From Trichinella spiralis (lineage: Eukaryota), in the NCBI RefSeq assembly GCF_000181795.1, contig NW_003526945.1, forward strand, positions 1,168,591 to 1,209,809: 41,219 nucleotides of DNA. Reading direction: 5' to 3'. Under the pieces are notes generated by a model, which ran no database searches, was not told the origin of the DNA, and saw nothing but the letters and a program-made list of their open reading frames with translations. Of the stretch, positions 27,981 through 38,786 are shown in pieces. Made by a program: the position numbers and the translations under genes. The first letter of the stretch is position 1. Each line of letters begins with the position of its first letter.

Positions 27981-28645
27981 CGCACGCCTATGGTAATGAG
28001 GCAAGATATTGTTCACCTATATGCAAGTTGTTCAACCAATATTATAAATTTTTCTATTCAACTGCTCCAGCTCACCTTCAGAGACAATGTATGATAATGA
28101 AAAAAAACAAATGCAAAGTTTTTGTTGTGAAAAATTATATATTTTCTGGAACAGTTGCCAAATTTTTATACTTGATAAACTTGACAATCGCACAATTCTA
28201 TATTAACGGTTATAATACGAAAAAAATAATAATTAAAAAAAACATTGCAATATTTAATGATTTATTAAAAAAACATTATTATTGATTTAAATTTCTGATA
28301 AATTTATTTTTATTTAACTTTACACACACTGCCGTTGATTAACTGTTTTCAAATTTCAAGACAAATAAATTACTGTAATACAGTATGATTTATACTTGAT
28401 TATTTTGAGATTGTTAAATGATTCTGTAATTTTTGGCATATTTGTTTTTCGCTTCGCATTAAACATTTTTGCTTAACTTTTATTGAAGAAGAATATGTTG
28501 AAGACTGCATCAAAAAATAAGTACGGTTTTCAATGCTTAATTTTGCATTACTTCTTGCACTTTTACCGGTGATTTGTTTTACGTCAAAAATTGTTGTATA
28601 CAAAAAGAAGCGAAGTTCGCATTTTAAAAGAACGTTTTTGAAAGA

Positions 28646-31600
28646 ATGAACGCAAATAACCTGTATACATTTTTGAAAAATCGCCATATTCCATTGTCGT
28701 CTCGACTGGCAGTTGCTCGTAAAATACTTTTCAGCATTCATTTTTTGCCTGAAAAAATAAAATTAAATTCCAAGAAAAGAGTAAACTTTGAGGATTTGAT
28801 TGTAACTGTCAAAGATCTTGTCTTCGACTGTCTGCTAGCAATGTTGTTGCAGTGGACGAAAAATTCACTGAGTTTGCACGAAGTGAATTTGATATGGTCA
28901 ATAATGGATGACTTTTTTCACAATTCTTTTCATGCGACAGTTTATGCAAACAGGGTGTCATTTATGAAAGCCATTTGTACTACACTGAGAAATTGCTCTT
29001 CAGCTGTTCATATCGAGGACGATATTGTATCATTGCTTAGATGTGTTCTCTTTCTTCTCAGGTCGAAAGAATCAGTTCAAATGAGTAGAAATGTAAAATT
29101 TTTGATGACTGTTCTTTCTTATCTGTTGTTACTTCGTGGACGGAAATTTCATCAGAATGGAAATGTGATAAATTATTTGAACGAGCTGATCACCGAAATA
29201 AGTGAAAATATTTTGCAACTGAAATCTCTCTGGCCTTCTCGAAATAATCGCTTGGAGTTTGTTTGCAAGGATATTTTGCCATATTTGCCAAGTGTGAGCG
29301 TGGACAAGTTGAAAAATGAAAATATTTTGTACACTTTAACTTTGCAGATGTTATTTTACAAAACAGCGATAACAACTTTCTCCAGATATACCATTTCAGT
29401 AGAAATGACAGAATATACAAGAAATGAAAATACAACAGCTGAAGATAGTCGTTTAATACAGCAACTGTTGAACAAACTTGTGGAATGTCGATTTTATGAG
29501 CACTCCTCATTTGTGAATTTTTTCCCAAAAGTTGTAGAAGCTTGCATTGAACATTACAAAGACGTTCCAAATTTTTGTAGTGAACAAGTTTTGCGTTTAT
29601 TTCAGTTTGCTCAAGTGTACACTGAGCAAAATTGTTTGCTGTTGGAAAATTTACTAAATGTGGTCATCTCAAAGAAGTTGAAATGCATCAGTGAAGATTG
29701 GACTTTGCTTTTTTCTCAAACAGTTGATATGTTGTTTTCAAATGTTCAAGATTTGCACAGCAGAAATGTTGCCTTGAAATTGTGGAAGCAGCTACTTTTG
29801 TTGAATCCTTTGGTTATTCTACCACATTATAAACGTATACTTAACGAATGCTGCCAAATGACTCAAGCAGATACCTGCAGTGTGGAAGAATATGACTTTT
29901 CAACAACGCTATTTGGTTATTTTAACAGCACCGGAAAATTGTTGGAAATTGTCAGTACGTACTGTGAGTTGGTGCTGACAAAAGACAACTTTGAAATTTA
30001 TCATGATATAATGGAATTATTTTATAATTCTGGTAAGAATTGCCTTTCTTTTTTAAATTATTTACGCTTTTTTATAATTTTCTGTTAAGCAAAACTTATA
30101 CTCCTCAAAAGACTTGCCTGTTTTTAATTTATCTGTTGTCGTTACTATATAGCTTTTATTAGGCTTCTAGGATTGATTCGTAATAACGGTCACTTTTATC
30201 TTAAACCTAGGCATGTAAGGAAACAATTATTCGTGAACTTGGGAAAATAACTGTTTTGGAGTATATAGGTACGAATGGACGGTGCTGCAGTTGTATTTCT
30301 TTTGGTGGTGGTAGCTGCGTCCTCCTACTCTGAAATCGATGTGATTTTTTGTTGAAAGATTGCGATTTTGTAGTGAACATCGAATTTGTATTGCATATTT
30401 TTTAAAATGTTTGTTGTACGAGTGCATGCAGTTGCTTTTAGCAGCACTTATGCTTTCATAATTACAAAAATAATTGATGATGAAATTTGATTTGCAATTC
30501 AGCAGAAGATTATTACTGATTATGGTCGTGTGAATATGATATTTGAATTTTAGAAATTGACTCAGTTTATCTGCTGAATGAAATTGGCAGTTGTGTAATG
30601 CGTGATTGTTGCAAAGTGATGCAAACGATCAATTCGCAACTTGCACCAAAGAAATGTTTGCGGCTTTTGGAATTATTTGAAATTATTTTGTCTGCTGGAA
30701 GGCTCAAATATGTTGAAGGAAATGTGATTGAGCAATCGTTAGCTGAAAGCTTATTTTCGGAATTAGACAAGCGTTCAGAAGATTCAGATATTTACATTTC
30801 ATGCAAGGTGAGATTTTGCAACATTTTACTGAAGGTTTTGCTGTTGTACAATGCTAACAAGGAAGCAGCAGTTTTGCACTGTAATCTGATGAAGAAATGT
30901 TTGAAAAAAGTGACAAGATCTGGAGACTTTCTTGGCAGTGTATTGTTGCTCATTTATGAAGGTGTTGCTAAAGAGAAGAACATTTCGATAAATTTCATCA
31001 ACAAAAGGAAGTGTAAAATTGTGAAAACCATCGTTGAAGCATTGAATGAAGTTGACAGTTCAAATTTGGAAAATTCCTCCAGTTCAGTTGCAGTTGCACT
31101 TTTTCTGTGCCTTCGTTATTATCAGCATATTTTGCCAGTGCTGAATGACGAACAGTTATTAAATTTTTTCAAAACCATGGTGACACTGGCGATCACGAGT
31201 GAGAACAAAGAAGTGAATATGTTTGTTTGGAATTTTTCATTGTTTTCAGAATTGCGATTGCGCAATGCAGCCGTGGATGGCATTCTTTCTGTGGGCATTG
31301 ATTGTGCTAGACAACTATTTGGAGAATTGTGCAATGATCTGATACATTTGGAAAATTCACCAGGGAAGTGTCCAGATTTAGCAATATTTGAAAATAGCAA
31401 ATTGATTCAGAAACCTGAGCAAATAATCCGCCGTGAGCGAGGAGTTATTCAATATTTTGCTTCGTTGATGAAATGTTTGAATAATGACAACATTTATTAC
31501 GAGAGTATTTGTTGTGAAAGGCAAAAAAGAATGGCTTTGTTTGCTTTTACAGTACTTCGATCAGCTGTTGCATTTGCAAGAGTTGATTCGAACAGCTTAC

Positions 31601-33087
31601 TTCATTCTGTCATTGAAAATGTAGCCAACAGCTTGCATATATTGTTGCAACTTGATTCCGTTCGACCAGTGACTTTGCTAATAACAACATCGGTGGTTCA
31701 TCATTCTGTTTATTATTTTTCCCAACAAAGCACTGGTGAAGATGAATTGAAAGCGGTGTTTATTTTACAAACAGCAGCACGATTATGGCATTCTGTATCA
31801 CGTCTGAAGCAGTTTGAACTTTCAAAAAATATAAAGAATGTGAAAAAAATATTGAAAATTATTAATAACGATAAAGAGCGTTGGCAGTTTTATGCTACAT
31901 TTGTGTCTTTGGTGATGGGATGCAGTTGTGTTGCGTCGATTGTTTTCAAGGATATTCAGAAATGGCTTGTGCATGTTTTGAACAATGCAAAGAAAATTGA
32001 ATCCGATGTTAGTGCTCTGTTTCCGGTTGCCGATGTGTTTTCTGAATTGGAAATTATGCAGGAACAGTGTTGTGAAGCGTTGAAAATGCAAATGTTGAAA
32101 TTTAAAGAATTTTATATGAGCGATGTAGATTTTCTTGACGAATGTGACCCGTCCGTTTTTGTGCATTTCTTGTGCATTTCGCTGAAATGGAAAACGTCCG
32201 GTCGTTTGAAAAAATATCTCATGCGTGGTCCTGGTAAATTTCCTGATAACATGGATTGGATAAGTTATGAAAGTAAATTGTTGTCCAGGGCGCTTTCAAA
32301 CAGTTGGGATGATTTTTCCCCTAATGAACTGCGTGCGTTGTTCACCGAAGTGCATTCCAGGCGTTCTGAATGGTCTGTATTTGTTGTCCACGCAACAATG
32401 AATGTGGAAAGTATTGTCGAGAAAGCCAGTTGGTTTCCAAAATATTTGAAAATATTTCTATATGATTGGATGTACAATAGGTGGTATCACTTTGCTGAGA
32501 AAACTGTCAGCAGTGAAGGTTTGTTTCTGCTATTAGCACTTTTGCTGAGAAAGACTTTAAACATGCGACTGGTGCATAGATCAGAATTATTGGACATAGT
32601 GCTGTCCTTTTTGTTAGAAGTGAAAATTGAATCATTCACCGTGAATGATGATCGCTTAACAAATGTTATTGCAGAAAGTTGTTATTTGATGCGACAGCTG
32701 CTTTGCCATTTTACAGCGGAGGCAGTTAAAAAGATTGAATTGTTTTGCCGTCTTTTCAACAATCTTTTTCAGTTGTTGTGTGCTTCGTGTGAATTTCATT
32801 CGCACAAAGCTGCTTTGCTTGGCTACAACGTGATGCGTGTTTTTGACGTTGTTTCAAATTGTAGCAAAGATTTCCATCGTCTAATACCAAGCATCATTGC
32901 AGATTTCATAAGAGCAAATGCTAACAAGCCGTTGTGTCATGATTGTTCTTCCCTCCTAATGCCTGGGTTACATCGTTTGCACAGTCAGCTTGATCAGTAC
33001 AGTATCTCATTTTTGGTTACAAATTTGTCTGAATCAGACAGAGAGGTGTATCGTATCATTTTCAACAGTCAGTTCAGTGCACATTAG
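28646..33087 (+). CDS. URB2: URB2/Npa2-like nucleolar ribosome biogenesis protein; 2 exons (28646-30032, 30554-33087), ~1300 aa
   Basis: The phase-1 donor TCT G|gtaaga (30032) matches the phase-1 acceptor ttttag|AA ATT (30554), joining the 480-aa and 829-aa ORFs. The C-terminal 'RLIPSIIADFI...LLMPGLHRLHSQLDQYSISFLVTNLSESDREVYRIIF' resembles the Urb2/Npa2 C-terminal domain, and the N-terminal 'LKNRHIPLSSRLAVA...HFLPEK' resembles the metazoan URB2 N-terminus. Recognised from memory, not from a search. Confidence 0.72.
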
Positions 33088-33622
33088 CTGTTGAAAAAAT
33101 TGTTCAACTGTCATTATAAACTGTTTCTTTCTTCATTATTATTGATCCAGTATAAATGTTTTTTACGATTGAAATATTGCTTCTTAAATATTGAATATTA
33201 TTTGTGAATATTGAATATGTGCAATAAATATTGAATTTTTTCTTTTTTATTTGTTTTTTTATCCGGTTTTGGCAAATCAATAGAACATTTAGGTTTCAAT
33301 GAGGGCATGTCTGGCCATAGCGTTCCACGATCTTCTCGACGACATTAGCACTATCGGGCAAAATTCGTCATCTACAAAAGTTCGAAGCCGAGTCTCTGCT
33401 GTGCTGATTTACACTGAAGATTCAAAACTCGCACAAATCTGCCCATCACTAAGATGTAATCCAACACCATCACCATCTGCCCAGGGAACCCATTAGATTA
33501 TTTATATTCCAAGATAATATCTGCTGCCGCCATTGTTTTACAAATAATGCAAGTTAGGAATTTATAACAATAAATTAAATTGCTTAGCATAAATAACGTT
33601 TATTATTTATTATAAACTGTTG

Positions 33623-33778
33623 TTAATCTCGGAATGTAATTCCTAAACCGTAGAATGGCGGACGCCTGTAGCGAGGCTTCACTACGTCAAAATGAATTCT
33701 AATATCTGCATCACCACAGATGTATACGAATTCATTTCCCGCAACGTCCACCAAACATGCAAAATGGAGAGGGGCAAT
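33623..33778 (-). pseudogene. Terminal exon of a possible kelch-repeat-like gene, perhaps frameshifted
   Basis: The spliced frame gives P|LPLSILHVWW...ILT* (stop 33682-33684). Restoring one base in CCCCTCTCCATTTT gives RLPLPLSHFACLVDVAGNEFVYICGD...ITFRD* (stop 33623-33625), resembling a kelch repeat (W..LP.P..H...V....Y..GG). Family call is inference. Confidence 0.3.
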
Positions 33779-33828
33779 CTGTAATGAGAAGTGTTTATAT
33801 GTTTGGGAAAGCTGCAACTAATGCATAC

Positions 33829-33909
33829 GGAAGAAGCCCACCAGTAACTGTCATCGAACGACAAAAATGATTACCCATTTCTGCACATAAAACATTTAAG
33901 ACGTCAAAT
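33829..33909 (-). other. 81-nt candidate exon, left-hand copy (phase 2/2), FDVLNVLCAEMGNHFCRSMTVTGGLLP
   Basis: Flanked by gtaacag| and |gtatgc; followed by a typical 50-nt intron (33828-33779, ending cattacag) and a further exon. Confidence 0.55.
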
Positions 33910-34436
33910 CTGTTACATTTCTACTAATCCATATTCTTTTTGCGATCAATTGAAGTAAATTTCTGAAATTACTGCTGTTAAATAGTCATTAACTGCTGCA
34001 AATCAAAACGAAAGCGTTGCAAGTGCTTACTTTGCTAAAAAGGAAACATTTCATTGCATCCAATCCCGTTTACCATCTTTGTCATTTATTAAAGTCATGA
34101 TATTTGCCACATTTGTGACTATTATGAAATTAATTTCAAAGAGTAGCGACCGAGCAATGGCGATTTTGCATAATTATATAATATGGAGTCGCCCATAGTT
34201 GAAATTCATTACTAATACTATGAAATTAAATAAGTTAACAATTCAAGTCAACTCATTGGGCTCACGCAGGGTATTTGTTCGAAACTTTGAACTAATCCAC
34301 CAGTATGTACAATGGAAATTATTCCGGTCATCTCACGATCTGCAGCGTATTGCAAATAGATTTATGTTACGACCCAGCAATTTTGTGTCAATTAAAGGTA
34401 TGTAAATTTTGAAAAACCCGCATTCGATGATTTTTT

Positions 34437-34446
34437 NNNNNNNNNN
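34437..34446. other. Assembly gap (10 N)
   Basis: Run of N; the following ~350 bp carry many homopolymer indels relative to the other repeat copies. Confidence 0.98.
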
Positions 34447-35728
34447 ATTTCTTTTTGAAAAAAAAATTTATAGGTTTATTTTTTGCAGGAAAAAAATTTT
34501 TTTTGGAAAAATGCAAAATTTCCGGGGGGTTTGGACTTGCTTGTTTTCGCGAAAATTTCAGCGAAAAATTTGTTTATCAAATTTTGGGACTTTTTAAAAT
34601 TGTTACAGGTTTATATTGATAAAAAATGGGTGATTTGGAGAGTTTTTCGTTTAAAATCGCATGCCAGTTGTGGAATAAATGGGCTTTAATTTTGACGTAC
34701 TCCCTTATTTTTAATTCATAGGGGAAGACGCCCATCAGTAACAGCTATTCAATGGGAATCAGAGATTCCCAAATTTCGGCAAATGAGACACTTTTGATAT
34801 TGAAATTATTATTTTTCAATAATTTATCCTTTTTTTACGATCAATTGCTTCAAATTTATGAAATTACTGCTGTTAAATAATCATTAATTGCTTCGAATCA
34901 AATCGAAAGCGTTGTAAGTGTTTACTTTGCGAAAAAGGAAGCATTTCATTGCATCCAATTCCGTTTACCATCTTTGTCATTTATTAAAGTCATGATATAT
35001 TCCACTTTTATGACTATTTGAAATTAATTTCGCAAAGTAACAACCGTGCAATGGCGATTTGCATAATTAATATAATATGTAGTCGCCCAGAGTTGAAATT
35101 CATTACTAATACTATGAAATTAAATAAGTTAACAATTCAAGTCAACTCATTGGGCTCACGCAGGGTATTTGTTCGAAACTTTAAACTAATCCACCAGTAT
35201 GTACAATGGAAATTATTCCGGTCATCTCAGGATCTACAGCGTATTGCAAAATAGTTTTATGTTAAGAGCAAGCAATTTTGTGTCAATTAAAGGTATGTAA
35301 ATTTTGAATAACCCGCAATCGATGATTTTTTGATAAATTTGATAAATTTGCCAGTGTGAACATTTGGAATTTTTAGAAAAAAAGACTGGAATATTACACG
35401 AAAATAGCTTTCAAATCTGATAATTTTTAACAATTCATATATTTGAATTGTAAGTAAAGAAAGAATTCAGTTAACAAAACTACAATTTTGAAGGTTTTTG
35501 CTACATTAATGAAAGTCAAGAACAATTCTTAAAAAAAAGCATTTATTTTTTTGGGTGAAAAAATTGAATATTCGGTTGTAAAAGTTAATGAAATCATAAC
35601 ATATTTCTATTTACGTAACTTTCATTTTTCATTCATTTTTTATTTCGACTGGATTAATTCCTATATAGTTGCATTTTTTTTGTATATACTCAAAAGTAAG
35701 CATCCCTAAGCGTCTGGATACGTTTATA

Positions 35729-35738
35729 NNNNNNNNNN
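35729..35738. other. Assembly gap (10 N) with ~135 bp duplicated on both sides
   Basis: Run of N; about 35595-35728 is repeated at about 35739-35878. Confidence 0.98.
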
Positions 35739-38705
35739 TCATAACCATATTTTCTATTTACGTAAACTTTCATTTTTCATTCGATTTTTATTTCGACTGG
35801 ATTAAATTCCTATATAGTTGCATTTTTTTGTATATACCTCAAAAAGTAAGCAATCCCTAAGCGTCTGGATACGTTTATAGTTGTTAACGAACAATTCTCT
35901 ATCGAAGAAAATTAATAGTTATAATTTTTGCAGAAAAAAATTTTTCTCGAAAATTGCAAAATTTCATGGGCTATAGACTTGCTTGTTTTCGCGAAATTCA
36001 GCGAAAAATTTGTTATCAAATTTTGGACTTTCTTAAATTGTTACAGGTTTATATTGATAAAAAATGGTGATTTGGAGAGTTTTACGTTAAACTGCATGGC
36101 AGTTGTGGAATAAATGGGCTCTAATTTTGACGTACTCCCTATTTTAATTCATAGGGAAGACGCCCATCAGTAACAGCTATTCAATGGAATCAGAGATTGC
36201 TAATTTCGGCAAATGAGACACTTTTGATATTGAAATTATTATTTTTCAACTAATTTATCCTTTTTTTACGATCAATTGCTCCAAATTTATGAAATTACTG
36301 CTGTTAAATAATCATTAATTGCTTCGAATCAAATCGAAAGCGTTGTAAGTGTTTACTTTGCGAAAAAGGAAGCATTTCATTGCATCCAATTCCGTTTACC
36401 ATCTTTGTCATTTATTAAAGTCATGATATATTCCACTTTTGTGACTATTTGAAATTAATTTCGCAAAGTAACAACCGTGCAATGGCGATTTGCATAATTA
36501 ATATAATATGTAGTCGCCCAGAGTTGAAATTCATTACTAATACTATGAAATTAAATAAGTTAACAATTCAAGTCAACTCATTGGGCTCACGCAGGGTATT
36601 TGTTCGAAACTTTAAACTAATCCACCAGTATGTACAATGGAAATTATTCCGGTCATCTCAGGATCTACAGCGTATTGCAAAATAGTTTTATGTTAAGAGC
36701 AAGCAATTTTGTGTCAATTAAAGGTATGTAAATTTTGAATAACCCGCAATCGATGATTTTTTGATAAATTTGATAAATTTGCCAGTGTGAACATTTGGAA
36801 TTTTTAGAAAAAAAGACTGGAATATTACACGAAAATAGCTTTCAAATCTGATAATTTTTAACAATTCATATATTTGAATTGTAAGTAAAGAAAAAATTCA
36901 GTTAACAAAACTTTACAATTTTGAAGGTTTTTGCTACATTAATGAAAGTCAAGAACAATTCTTAAAAAAAAGCATTTATTTTTTTGGGTGAAAAAATTGA
37001 ATATTCGGTTGTAAAAGTTAATGAAATCATAACATATTTCTATTTACGTAACTTTCATTTTTCATTCATTTTTATTTCGACTGGATTAAATTCCTATATA
37101 GTTGCATTTTTTTGTATATACCTCAAAAAGTAAGCAATCCCTAAGCGTCTGGATACGTTTATAGTTGTTAACGAACAATTCTCTATCGAAAAAAATTAAT
37201 AGTTATAATTTTTGCAGAAAAAAATTTTTCTCGAAAATTGCAAAATTTCATGGGCTATAGACTTGCTTGTTTTCGCGAAATTCAGCGAAAAATTTGTTAT
37301 CAAATTTTGGACTTTCTTAAATTGTTACAGGTTTATATTGATAAAAAATGGTGATTTGGAGAGTTTTACGTTAAACTGCATGGCAGTTGTGGAATAAATG
37401 GGCTCTAATTTTGACGTACTCCCTATTTTAATACATAGGGAAGACGCCCATCAGTAACAGCTATTCAATGGAATCAGAGATTGCTAATTTCGGCAAATGA
37501 GACACTTTTGATATTGAAATTATTATTTTTCAACTAATTTATCCTTTTTTTACGATCAATTGCTCCAAATTTATGAAATTACTGCTGTTAAATAATCATT
37601 AATTGCTTCGAATCAAATCGAAAGCGTTGTAAGTGTTTACTTTGCGAAAAAGGAAGCATTTCATTGCATCCAATTCCGTTTACCATCTTTGTCATTTATT
37701 AAAGTCATGATATATTCCACTTTTGTGACTATTTGAAATTAATTTCGCAAAGTAACAACCGTGCAATGGCGATTTGCATAATTAATATAATATGTAGTCG
37801 CCCAGAGTTGAAATTCATTACTAATACTATGAAATTAAATAAGTTAACAATTCAAGTCAACTCATTGGGCTCACGCAGGGTATTTGTTCGAAACTTTAAA
37901 CTAATCCACCAGTATGTACAATGGAAATTATTCCGGTCATCTCAGGATCTACAGCGTATTGCAAAATAGTTTTATGTTAAGAGCAAGCAATTTTGTGTCA
38001 ATTAAAGGTATGTGAATTTTGAATAACCCGCAATCGATGATTTTTTGATAAATTTAAAAAAGTTGTCGGTTTGAGCAATTTGAATTTTTAGAAAAAAGAG
38101 GGAATAGTACACGAAAATATCTTTCAATACTAATAATTTTTGACAATTTTTGTATCTGAACTGCAATTAAAGAAAAAATTCAGTTATCAAAACTTTTTAA
38201 TTTTGAATGTTTTTGCTACATTAATGAAAGTCAAGAACAATTCTTTTAAAAAAAATGTTTATTTTTTTTGATTGAAAAAATTGAATATTTGGTTGGAAAA
38301 GTTAATGAAATCATAGTATATTTCCATCTCTTGTAACTTTCATTTTTGGACTTGCTGAAAATGCTCTATAAGTTTCACTTTTTTCATATATCTCAAAAAA
38401 TACGTCATCTTTGCGTGTTTGGATACATTTATAGTTGTTCCTGGATGATTCTCTATCGATCAAAATTTATTTTCTAAATTTTTGCAGATAAAAAGTATTC
38501 TCGAAAATTGCAAATTTTCATGGGCTTCAGACTGGGTTGTTTTTGCGAAAATCCGTGAAAAATGTTTTTTTCAAATTTGGTTTTTTTATTGTTAGGGTTT
38601 TACATTGATAAGAAATAGTGTTTTGGAAAGTTTTACGTTAAACTGCTTATCAGTTGTGGAATACATGGGCTCTCAAGTTGACGTACTGCCTATTTGTATG
38701 CATAC

Positions 38706-38786
38706 GGAAGTCTCCCATCAGAAACTGTTTTCCACCGGATGGATAATCTGCCTATTTCAGCCCATGATGCACTTTGGTCATCGAAT
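38706..38786 (-). other. 81-nt candidate exon, right-hand copy (phase 2/2), FDDQSASWAEIGRLSIRWKTVSDGRLP
   Basis: Flanked by ctaacag| and |gtatgc, open frame, ungapped homology to 33829-33909. Confidence 0.55.

Noticed and set aside
30475..30519. Box C/D snoRNA in the URB2 intron (TGATGA...CTGA)
   Set aside because: Only ~45 nt between the boxes and no terminal stem or recognisable guide.
36700..36790. Spliced-leader RNA gene in each repeat unit (AAAG|GTATGT followed by ATTTTTTG Sm-like site)
   Set aside because: No leader/donor pairing stem or flanking stem-loops are evident, and such T-tracts are common in this AT-rich DNA. An Infernal search would settle it.
37211..37330. 10-bp phased A/T clusters (PATC-like) in the repeat unit
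   Set aside because: Spacing of the A/T tracts is irregular by eye, so periodicity is unsupported without computation.
35018..37969. Repeated 78-aa and 61-aa ORFs in the tandem array as a multicopy gene family
   Set aside because: They start at TTG, have no recognisable motifs and are not preserved in the diverged edge copies; they recur only because the DNA is repeated.
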